Shown piece after piece: positions 14,001 to 26,700 of a stretch of DNA of 64,000 bases (position 1 is its first letter; every line of letters starts with the position of its first letter). The notes beneath the pieces are model-generated. The model did not search any database and had not been told where the DNA came from. It saw only the letters and a list, made by a program, of their open reading frames with translations. Source of the stretch: Balanoglossus misakiensis (lineage: Eukaryota > Animalia > Hemichordata); NCBI GenBank assembly GCA_040954595.2, contig CM082589.2:1029909-1093908 (forward strand), given 5' to 3'. Made by a program: the position numbers and the translations under genes.

Positions 14001-15409
14001 TAACCATGTTTTGTCCGCTTGCTCTAGTTTTCAAACAAAGCAGACAAAACACTGCTGGATATTAGACTAGTTCTCGTAGGCGAGGCCGTTAACCCTTACA
14101 CCCCCAGTTCCCTCTTTAGAGGTCCAACCTTACCATAGAAAACAATGGGTTTGGACTGTACCATGGTGGTGAAAGGGGTAAATATCCAAGAATACAGCTC
14201 CTGTCCCGTGAATTGAATAGAGATACTGATCACTTTATTAATGTCATCAGTTTCCAAGGGTCTTGCAGACAGGTAACTAAGAGATAGATTGTCTACAGAC
14301 AGGTATCTGCTTGACTCAAGGTTCACATGATAGGTTTCACAGTGTATGACCTGTGTTTGTTGGTGCCTGGACAATTCTACGTGAGAATTTATACTTCTCC
14401 TGGGGTTCTGTGAACTGAAACATCACCGCACGGTGTGTGACATTTAAGTGTTGATGTTTAGGATGTACGTGAACTATGAGAAGGCCAAATTAAATGTCTT
14501 TTCCCGAAGGATTACATTTAGAGTTGATAGAAAAAACACTTCTCCTTGTCATGGAATTTCACAGATAGCCCAACTAAAAGAAAGAAATTTAGTGCGGTGA
14601 TTGAATAAAACTGAAGAGTCGCTGTGCGTCATTTTGAAAGAACTTCACTGAATGTTTCTTAGAATAACAGTTCGTCAGAAAAGTTAACTTGGCTGTTTGT
14701 TCGATTTTTACTGTGAAATTCATGGCGTTATATTTCATAAACTAGAACAGTGACCCCTTTATTTCTATACAAATTTCAATAACACATTCAAATGATAGTT
14801 GAATTCTTTTATGCTGTAAAAAGACTGACTGACTGACTCCTCAGAACATTACTTTGCAATAAAATCAAGACGACGAAAATATTACTGAAAGGTGGTGACT
14901 GTGTTCCCTCATCAAAAATGATACTAAGCTATCTATAATGTCTTCTTGCAAGAGACTTCAGTGTCTTCATTTAGTGACCTAACATCCGGCATCAGATGTT
15001 TAACTGGATGGCAAAATAGAAAAATTGAACTTGGGTCACAACAAGAAGACGCCTTAAGATTCACATTATAGCAGAGTACCGGTAATTTTCCTGTTTCATT
15101 GCCAGTCTTCCAAACGAGATTGGCCTGATCTATTGAAATTGCTGCTTATATTGACCCACGCCATTCTTAATGGTAGTTATGTAGATAAGCATCTGCTGAC
15201 ATGAGGAAACAGGATAATTGATAGAGTATTGAAAAAGTAATTGGAATCGTATGTCGATTAATAAATGCTGCGCTTCTATTGTCCACTGTAAGAACATTAC
15301 CCATGGGTGTTTCACTATTAGTGTCATGTGGGATAAGATCTACATTGTGTGTGTCATATTCTCGCAAATTGACTGATTCTAGTCTCTGGCAAGAATACAC
15401 ACCTAAGTG

Positions 15410-16083
15410 GTTGTCACACTGTATCAAAACACAGAACAAATGTGTCATATTGTATTAAATACTCCCATACAAGCTTGTCACATTGTGTCAGCCCCATGCC
15501 CATGTACTAGTGTGTCACATTGTATCAAACCCCCTACAAGGGTGTCACTTTGTATCTCCTCCCCCATGCAAGTTTGTCACATTGTATCAAAACCCACACA
15601 TGTTTGTCACATTGTATCAAAACCCATTACAAGTTTGTCACAGTGTATCAAAACCCATACAAGCTTGTCACATTGTATCAAAACCCACACAAGTTTGTCA
15701 CAGTGTATCAAAACCCATTACAAGTTTGTCACAGTGTATCAAAACCCACACAAGTTTGTCACATTGTATCAAAACCCATACAAGCTTGTCACATTGTATC
15801 AAAACCCATTTACAAGTTTGTCACATTGTATCAAAACCCACACAAGTTTGTCACAGTGTATCAAAACATATTACAAGTTTGTCACATTGTATCAAAACCC
15901 ACACAAGTTTGTCACATTGTATCAAAACCCATTTACAAGTTTGTCACAGTGTATCAAACCCATTACAAGTTTGTCACAGTGTATCAAAACCCATTACAAG
16001 TTTGTCACAATGTATCAAAACCCATACAAGTTTATCACATTGTATCAAATCCCACACAGGCTTGCCACAATGTATCAAAACCC
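15410..16083. repeat. Minisatellite with a 30-32 bp unit, roughly 22 copies
   Basis: Tandem ACAAG(T/C)TTGTCACA(T/G)TGTATCAAAACCC(AC/AT/ATT/ATTT). Homogeneous core at about 15570-16020, degenerate at both edges. Confidence 0.95.
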
Positions 16084-19000
16084 TGTGCAGTACAGGGGAT
16101 GTCAGCATCCTGCATCTCCAGTTGGAAAATGAGCGTATTCCCAACTTGTGATATTTCACCTTCTGGAAATATGATAGACCTTGTCTGATAACAAATTGGA
16201 ATAATTGCATGGTCTTTACTCAAAATATGCTTGATTAGTGAGTGCAAACATTAAGAATCTTGCGAAATTACAACTGAAATGATGCTGCTCTACTAATTCA
16301 ACTATAATCAAGATAGTGAATGTTTTCGTAAGTATATATTCTATACTTTACTTTGTAACCCCACAGTGCACTCAACAGGACACAGAGGTTCTTTTCGCAA
16401 ACAAAACTGTATACCCTACGGCAATATTTCCATCAGTAAAAGCACACAACAAGATTTTGCCTTGTTGTGAATGGAAAGAACTCTTTTCACTCTGCAGAGC
16501 AGACTCAAAGGTCATTGGATTCTTGTCCTGTATGACATAACAACAAGGCATTAATTGTACAGGACTGAGGACTGTATCTACCAACCAATATAATGATCAT
16601 CGCACTCTAACGATCCACAGCAAAGCAGCTGTCTAACCATTAAAATGTATGTGGTACAGACAGCCCTTGCATTTCAATTGAAACACATCATTCTGTTTTC
16701 TCAGAAACTCTAACAGAGATACTCCTACACAAACTCGTGACCGCAAAACAACACCCCTGTTGTTTTGTACTATCTTCCTGCTGTTGTTCTCAATGACCAT
16801 CAATGCTTCCCGTCGATTTCTAGCCATGAGCTAGGTATTACTATTGGCACATCAAGTTCAATGTCACTACCTCAGCAGGAACCAGATAGACCCAATCTAC
16901 ATTGTACTTTTACTTTCCAAGGCGACATGTGCCATGTATGGCTAATTATTCATCATTAAGATAGCGCCTATCGCCGTGGTTACCATCTGGTCAAATTTAT
17001 TTCAGTTGGTGAATATTGGATATTCCATCATGTGGGTCTAGTGAAGCGGTATCATTTAGGACACACTGATCTTTTTCATGACTACAACGTCTATCAAGAA
17101 GCCGTGTGAAACTATCTGCTGTGCCTGCAAACTTAATGCATATATGAATAAAATGAGTTCGCCTTGAGTGTTGAGTGGCCTTTCCTACCGGCACTGGCAA
17201 TTATTGAACGCCAAGGAGGCCAATTTGAAATGCTTTGATGTTTGTGAGACGGGAGCTGCAGCAATGAACAAGGTTATAGTCATGCTCTTGAGTATTGGAG
17301 CAGTTTTAGCTTCAGTTAAAAGTACTCCACAGAGCAAAAATAAAAGGTTCAGTTCTAAGAAAATGCCAGTGATTCGACGCGAGAAAGCTTGAAATAGATT
17401 TATAGTGGTGTATTATTGCATGGAGTTTGATAAGTGCATATAGTGAAGAACTATTATATGATTTTTAGTGCTCTTTTTTATTTTTAAGCAAGTCAACTTT
17501 AATTGGATGTATCTTGCGCTCATTAGCATCTGCTGTGCTGTTGTGTTACTAATGTTAGAATATGAGTAATGAAGCGAAAAGCTGGTCTCCAGGGCAACAA
17601 ATAGGCTTCTTTGTCCTTGCAACTTTGATCAGAATTGGTGAGTAAGATGGAGCCTTATGTGTACAAACAAGCAGATTAATCTCAATCAAAATGAACACTA
17701 TTCAGTCATTACGTACAACACCAGCAAGCAGTCCAAATACATTGATTCCACACTTCAGTTGTGTCTTGTGTTTTTGTAAATTGGTTTTCAGTACCATGTG
17801 GCATGAAAATTGCTTGAAATCAATAAATTAAGGTATCCTTCAACACAACGTCATTTTGAATGTTTCGAGAAAAACAAGCCACCATTATTATTATGCAGCA
17901 AGACTTCGTAGGGAGTCATGACTGTTATTGCTTTGACACATCCTGTCCAGATCATCTGAAAAAGTGTCTCTGGATTAATTACCAGCCATTAATATAACAC
18001 GGCTGTTTTGTTATGACCGTGTTTACTGAGTTGTTTGGTTATTCATCATCAAGATCTGTTAGTTTTTAGAAACAGTCATTTTCTAGGAAATTGACGATAG
18101 AGATGTGCCATAAAGAGCTTTGTGATTCAAAGTTTAGTTTATATTAATCTGCTGCTGTTTATGAACAATTTACAGTGCTTTGTACGGTATCAACTGTACG
18201 CGGTACAGTAATCTAGAACTTGGCTTGTTCATCTCTGAGGGTACATGTACTTTTCAAGTTCTGAATTCAATGCTGGATACAGCAGTCATTGACAACTTAT
18301 CTTAGTGATTATTCTGACATGAAAGTGACAGCTTAAAGGCTTTTCATTATCCCAAAGTGGTCACAATCTGTTATGGGCATAAAAACCCAACGATTTATGC
18401 AGCCTGTTATCATAATAAGTTGGCCAACACTGATGCTGTCTTGAACTCTTGAGAATCGTAGGATTTTTACCGTGAATTAGTCAGGTGATTTGTTGACCAC
18501 GATGTCAAAGATTTTGATTGGGTTTTTAGTTTTGTGCTACGTCCCTAAGTGTTACTTGTCACAGTGGCAGGTGTTTCTACCACTAAATTGGAGATTATCT
18601 TAAATGCATGGAGATTATGCGTCAGTAAAAAGTTAGAAAGGCAAGCTTTCAGAGCTGATTAGCACAGTCTTAAAGCATCCCCTGTGATTATTGGCTTTTC
18701 ACTTTAACCACATAGCAATGTATGTACTTTGTGAAAAACTCTATGAAATTCTAATCTAGGGGCATCAGTCTTTCCTTATTTGCACTACCTAATTCGCACC
18801 AGCCTTGACTTTTACTCCATCTAGGATAGTCTGGATATGTTGGCCAAACATCCTACATGTCGACATCATATGATATATTGATTTTGAATTTGACACAAAA
18901 TTATGAAAGTTCTGTTCGAGTATCTGAGACAGATTTCCCTCGTACATCGCAAAGCTAAGATGACAGGTTAAGGTTAATACTGTATGTACGTAACAAAGAT

Positions 19001-22000
19001 TACGGAATGACTATTTTAGGTTATACCATTCTACCCTATAGTGTGGTGTAAGCCTTTTGTGTCTAGTGGTGAAAGAGGTCCCACCTAACGGGAAATAGGG
19101 GTGGAAGGGTTAAAGATCAATATGAATTGGTTTCCTGTTTTATTCCCAGGACATAAAGCCTATACTGCAAATGAAGGAAGTCCTGTCCAGGACTGCAGTT
19201 ATGTAACACCTGAAGAAAAAAGCAGTTTATTTCCTCGTAATTGTAGTTTTGACTTTTTATAATTAACATAGGTGTGTCTGTGAAAAGAAAATCAGATATG
19301 GCTACATACAATCAACTGCTGTATTCATATGTTTACGTCAGCCATATTGATACACTGTTTCCCTCATACTGTATTAATAAATTCTGGTGACATTGCATGA
19401 TCCTTGAATCGACGTCACATCTGATCACAAGACACTCTGAAAACAGGAAATCAGTTTTTAGTTTTCAACAATAAACACCCACTGAAGGAGAAAAACATAG
19501 CGGCATAAATTTCAGTAAGAATAATATTGACCCCAGAGTTGAAGTATTTTGTTCACTGATCTAGAAAATTTTACATTAACTGGAATGTGGCTTCTGGCCA
19601 AGTTATAGATCATTATTTGGCTTTTGACACTAGAAATAAAGATACATTGGTTGACTATTTCAGTCAGGTGTTTTAAAAAGTGAGCTGATTAAGTGATGCA
19701 GATCTTAATTTTAATGATAAAGGCAGGCAATTTTGTGTTGAGGCAAACCCAGTCATAATGGTGTTAACGTTGTCTTTGGGTCATGCAGTTGATGGTTTTC
19801 ACCAGATATGTCGGCAATGATTTGATGTGTAACTAATGTGATGTAAAACCCAAGTTGCGCGTTCACGTTTGTCGATCTAAATTTGATCAGAATGTTCCGG
19901 TGAGTTCACAAGCTAACTTGCTAATCACTTCTGTTATCCCGTGGTAATGGCAGTCTGAATTATAATTAGCCATCTTCATAAACCTGTCAGGCTTTTTCTA
20001 ACGAAATTCTACAGGCCACGTAGCTTTGCAATACGCTAATGCAGTGTAATTTATCTGCTCGTTAACACTGGCAAATTAAATCCTGCCTAGTCATTACCAC
20101 TGAAGACTTTGGATCATCAGTAACAACTCTCTTTTGGGAGAAGATTTCCTGACCTTGGAAAGGTGGATTAAACTTTAGAAGAAAAAAGCTGGGGTGCCTT
20201 AGGCTCCCCCAGTTTACTTTTGTATCACTTGACATAGCAAGAATAGGTTATGACAAAAAATGTATTGCATCTTTTAGCAGCTAGCTCTCAGAGTAATCAA
20301 TAACAAATATTGTAACCTTGTGCATATATAGACTAAGATTTCTTGAGGTCATTGACGTGTATATCTTAGGTCAATGTCACATACATCTTTAAGTCAATGC
20401 CACCTGTATTGTGAGGTCATGGTGATATCCTGAAACCGTATCTCTCGGGTTCCCAAACGTATTCCAGTTTGTGTTGATTCAATAATCCGGGAAATAAAAC
20501 AAGCATCACAGTAGGAAGATAAAATCATAAAGTTCAATGATGCAGGGCCGAAATCATCACAAGATAATAATGTTAACATTGTTGTCCGGCTATTTTTTAA
20601 ATAATTATGCCGTCAGTTGCCTGCCACTGTTGCTAAGCAACACCATTTGTGACAAACTTTAGTATTAATGTTTTCCATGGAATCAAAAGATGATACTGAT
20701 TATTATTGCTTTATACAAGCAAGCCTGGTGCATACATAACTATCAAGTGATGTGAATTTTTGAATTTTGAATCGAGAGTGCAGTTGGTGTAGTGGCAATT
20801 GCTGTGGAATGAAACAAATAACATTCATGTGAATGTTTATCCAGTGAAAAATCCAGTCATGGCTTCAATTTGTCATCACTAGTTTGACTGAACCGCTTTG
20901 TTTACAATGAATGAATAGTCGGACCTATTGAGACGGGGAAAACTAGAGGTCAAAAGGTCATCTAATAACACAACCTCAAAAGGTATACAGCTTTTCAAAA
21001 TTGAATTAATGATTGGATGAGGCAGTTTAAACTTCCACTTGAACTCATCCAATAACAAGGACTTACAAGTCAGGCTTTGCGTTACTAAATTGTTCTTTGT
21101 ACAGACCTTGTGTGCGACACTCAATTTTTCTGTCAGGGATAATAAGGGTTTTTTTAATCCTGAATGTTACTCATAAGATAGCACTCAGGTCACTGGCTTT
21201 GGTAATCTATAGAATTAATACTGAACCAGTGAGTGTGGCTGTTTACAATAACTATACAAATGGAAGTAGCGTGTGTCAAAGGGGCAAAGTCACCTACTTT
21301 TAACATTATTTTGGTTATTTTAAGCTTCTTTTGAAAGTTTTATACCTTGTTCTGCTCTTTGAAACATAACCAGTTGTCACAACTCAACTCATACCGTGTA
21401 CATGTCCATTTTATTTCTGGTCAATATCAAGTGGTATTCACTTTATTCCCATAAACAAGGTGTGAGTTGAATTTGACAAAGATTGTACTCTTAGGAATCT
21501 GTATAGCTGTGAGCTGAGGTTATTTTGAGTTGTTACATGGTGTTGAGTGATAAATGCAGGTGTAGAATGATAGGCCTGTGAATAGAATTGATGGCTTTGA
21601 TAAAATGTTGTCAAACGTGGCAGACACCTCTGTAAACCCTTTAGCTGACCTTCAGGACCCAGAGGTGTGATTTGTATTAATGTTTTTTCTGTTGCCACAA
21701 ATACATCATTGCAATTGATGACAAGGACAGTAACCACATGTACATCATGGCAATTGATTAACAGATTATTGGCAGGGTTATGATTACATGCCAACATAAA
21801 CCTAAAGGAAATGTTGCGTATCTCTTTTATTGTGTCGTGGGGCTTTTCTTCCTAAAGGTTATTTTCCATGAACTCAGTAATGTGGTGAGTGTGGTACATT
21901 TGCAACCTGAGAAAATTTCTGCTGAAAAATAATCCGGAGTCAATATTTTTTCTTTCAACAAATAAACGGACTGAAAGTAATGGAAAGAATCGTAGACATG

Positions 22001-23761
22001 TTTCTGTTTCCGTCAACACACAGTAGGTTAGACATGTCATAAGTACATGTCTATCATTTGTTATCTGCTCTGACCAGCAGCTAAATTTGCACTCCGCTGG
22101 AATTGTAAATCTAATCTGAAATTACATGACACCTTCAAAGAAGTTCCAGGAAGCCTTGCAGGTGTTTTCAATACACTATAAATTCAGTTCACTTCAACTT
22201 TGCTCGTGTAGCATGCATTCTTTCTCTGTTGCTATGATATATAAATACTGGTAGCTTCCAAACTTGGTTAAGTGTTGTGGATGGCATCTTTGCTGTCGAT
22301 TTGAGTTAGAGAGAGCGGGAGAGATAGATTTATAACTGGACCATCTGCAATTTATATGATATCAAGGACTTCATTATTTATTGAAAGGAACTGAGTTTGC
22401 AAAGAAGCTTAGGGAAAAGCTCAGAACTCCAGTATTACATTAAGGAGACTGGATTACACAACCGTTAACACCGGTTACAATACAGTTGATTTCTACTCTT
22501 TGTTGATGGTTTAGGGGCAAGGCCATCGGTTGATGGGCAAGGACTAATTGTGGACGTGGGTGTTCGTTGTGAAACACAGCTGCCTGTTGTTAGACATGGT
22601 TGCTGGGCGTGATTGCCAGCTATGGAGTATGTTTTCTTGCGAGGCATGCGTGGTGACTGATTGTGGGACACGAGTGTTAGTTGTAGTATTTTTGTTGTTA
22701 TTATTAGCAGATATTTCACGTAAACATCCTGTTATAGTTTAATCCAGCAAAACAATAATGATTTATCATTGTACCATCTGCAAAAATTGCTATTATTGTG
22801 GTTTTATTACCATATTGTCTGTTTTCTTGTTCAGTGTAAAATATACTAAAAATACATCCATCTGCACTCATGCTCACATCAAAAATGCAAGTTCAATCTT
22901 TCCCACATCTATCCTTAAAGAGTCCTTTTCTGTGATCATGGTGTTTTCAGGATCTGCAAGAAGGAGTAATAAAGTTATCCACGGATGAATCATAGGGACC
23001 ATGTTTACACCAGTTGCCAGATTATCAAACTAGTTTTGCCAGCAATATGTTGTACTATCCAAAATGTGTTTCCATTAATGTCCGTTTTATGGCACATAAA
23101 TCTTGGACGGGTGATAGAAAAATAAAATTCTTTTAGCATGATACCTGTGTGACAAAAGACTTTTATTTTATGATTTACAGCTGAGCTCTTGAAACCTCTC
23201 ATTATCCCGTGTCACAGCAGTAGAATGTGATTAGATGCAATAAAATTAGTCTAATAGTAAATCTGTGTGGACCAGTCTTAGCATCATCAGTTCTGTCTTT
23301 TCTATTATCAGTGCTACTGTTGTTAACATAATCCCAAATGTGACGTCAATATTCTCAACTCAGTCTGTGAAATTCTTACACCTCGTAAAGTCTGTAAAGG
23401 TTTGGGCATTAAGGTACATTTAAGAGAAGAACTTCCTTCATCAGTTCATAGATGTCTTATATTGCTAATATTCATTGTATCACATGCCCAATGCCTTGCA
23501 GAAATTCGGGTGATATTTATTAAAATTGTGTCTTTGTCTGTTGTCACATATATTCAGCTCAAAGCGATCAATCTTTGCTTTGCGGCTATGATTTGTAATA
23601 ATGGTTTCTGCCAAGTGTGATGTACGTCTTGAAAACAACTTACATCAAACTGCCTGAATATTCAGACAAAACTGGTTAGTTCATAAGAAATTACATATCT
23701 GATTTGATCATTGCCATTAATGTACTATCTCTCTTTCTTTCTTTCTTTCCGTCCACAACAG

Positions 23762-26700
23762 GTTCGAGATCGCTGTAGAAGTACGAAGTTATGCCTCCAC
23801 AGGTTTGATATTCTACATTGGTAATGGTGGTGATGGAAAAGGAGACTTCACTTCGTTACAGTTGATTGATGGATTCCCGGTGTTTTCCTTCGACAATGGT
23901 GCAGGAGCTCTCACGCTGACAAGCCAAACACAAATCAATGATGGAGAATGGCATACTGTAAGTGAATCAAGAAACTTGATATTTCTTCTGTAAATCTCCG
24001 AGTACTAACACGAAAGTCCTCGAGGACTGTGTCACCTATCTTAAACAAACACTAACGGTGTTCGTACATTTGCTCTCGGAAAAGTTGAAAGTCCGGCATA
24101 AATGAAATTTACACTATGAAAGTCAAAGAATTCTTATTGAGTTACCTTGCTATCGTAACGTCAATTATGCCAAGAAAAAATTGTGTGGTTCTGATAATAT
24201 GCTTTTCAAAATTATGGTAGGTAGGTTGGTTTTTGTTTTTAGCTCTCATTTAGATGGTGACAACTTGTGTAAATAGATTTTCCTCCTCGTCACATGTTTT
24301 GAAGGAATATAGAGTATTAATATAATGTGATCAGTTCCTTGTAATGCCTCCGACTCTAGATCTCGCAATTTTATTTTTAACTGTCATGCTAAAAATATAG
24401 TATTGTATAAATTAGGATGTTTACTTCAGCATTTATTTATCTCTAAGATGTTTAGGGTCAATAGGAAGAAGTGGGGTGGGTCAGGTTATTGGGTTCATTC
24501 AGTTATGTTTTTTTGGCCTTGAACAAGATTTTGCTGAACTAACTTGACTCCGATTCCTGTACTTTCTCCCTGCGAAATAACACAGCGTGTTTGAACATAG
24601 TGTGGAAACCCCAGGGGATTTTAGCAATTTTGAGTGAAAACCCACATTCATGTATACAAGAATGTTCAATTTGAGCGATGTGTTAAAAACATTCCAAAGA
24701 AGCCCAAAATATGCAAGCATAGTCTGCCATGTGTCATAAATCAAAATCCCTTCTCCAGCAATTTGGACTCCCATAGATCATTCTGTATGTTTATAGTTAC
24801 CAGCAACTTTCAAATGAATATGAAGACTTTTATTGACTGAAACTGAAAGCAAGTGTGTAATGTATGCATGCATGTACTTATACTCGTTCAAACGAGGTGT
24901 TTGCGACCGTGTTTGCGTCATCAACATTTTGCCAATCAAATTGAGTTTTTATAATGCCAGTCTCTGACCTCATAACTCTCTTTTCCTGGATAACACACTG
25001 TAATTTATTTATAGAATTTTGAAGTGAAAAAACTAATTTTGATTAGCTCAGAGTACACTTTAACATTGGCACTTTGCCTTAATATAGGTTGCAGTCCAAG
25101 TATTCTGGAAATGCATTTTCTTGACAGCCATAATCAGAATTCTCCTTGTCAACCAACCATCAAACTTTGTATTTCACATGATCTTTTGATGCTGGTCAAA
25201 GTTGACACAGTCCATTTTGTAGGCTTTTAGAAATTGCTGTGTGCACTCTGGAGCAATTGAAAATTGAGTTTTATCAGTATAAAGTGATAAAGTACCTATT
25301 TGTGACATAATTCATATAAGAGGTTATTTATTGAGTTGATGACCGATTTGTGGCGAATCATTGGTTATTTGAGATGTCCTTCCATCCTACCGTCGGTTGC
25401 GTGGTACTTTGCAGTTTTCATGTGTAGTACACATGCAAACATTTCAGGGAACAGACATTTTGTTTCTTTAACACAAACAACACATTAGAACAACAGCACA
25501 ATCAACAGTGCCCAATGGTTTGAGTGATGTCAACCAATAATCAAAGTGTAACCAGATTTTAATACGCTTTTCGGATACTTGATTGATAAATATCATGCTT
25601 TGCATAACAAAAAATAATGCGTGTGGCAGATAAATTAACCCCCTTTCTGAAATTGGCTGTTACTTCACATCCACCCAACCTGTAAACTCCTAACTTGCAG
25701 TTGCATTAAATAGAGATCTTAAACGACATTATCCCATGCAGCAGAAATTTGCATCAAAATGGAAACGATATTGTGACATAAATTGGCATTTAATAAAATG
25801 GCAGGCGGCAATTTCATATTCCATACACAAAATTGAACAAATTATTATACTAAGTTGTGTTTACTATTAATATATTACACCGCAAAATATTTAAACAGTC
25901 GCTGTCAATGTTTTACTGCGAGGAAATCACTCAGAAAATCAGTCAATATCTAGCTGAAATGGAGTCTTACATTTTACTTGCATCTAAATAAGAAAAGCTC
26001 TCAATGTAACATTGTATTTCATTATGTATGAAATGCAGGCATGAACAGAAGGTGTCAGTTTTTGTAAAGAAACTTAAGTGAGCTGTGTAACTAGCGCTAC
26101 CTATCAATTGGAGTGGAAAATCTTGGGGAGAAAAAAGTAGCGAGTGAATGTAGAAAGAGCATTATCGAGTCGTATTGTTGCATTTGTATTAAATTGATCA
26201 GGTCTGTAAGAGACTTCAAATGTACTTTAAAAATAGCGACCAGAATGAGCATTGTATGTTTCAACGTATCACTTAGGTACTTTGAGTGTAGTTGACCTCT
26301 AGTTTGAAAGATCTGTTTTCCCTTCCTGAGAATGTTTTATGTATGACTAACTCTTATGGATATGATTATCGTTAAAATCTACACAGCGATTGGTGTCAGC
26401 CAGTCCTCCATAATAACACAAAGTGATCCCAAAAACATGGATGTAACTAATGCTTTCGTATGTACTAAACTGATTTCTTAAACTCCAAAACTGTAAAAAC
26501 TCTGGGGATTTGAGCAGGATTATTGAATCTACTTGCAAGTCTAACCTGTACGCCGCAGCTCGGTCTCCATGGCAACACATTTCAAATTACTGTTCCGCTA
26601 ACAGTCCTGTCCTTTCTGGATATTTATGGTGACAATTTCGCCAGTACCCGACTCGCTCCCATTGTTGCTATTTATAGAATGATCTATTAACTTTCAACAC

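Noticed and set aside
15407-16247. ORFs of 222-241 aa with Cys/His periodicity resembling zinc fingers
   Set aside because: They are translations of the minisatellite in all frames, with no C2H2 spacing and no splice context.
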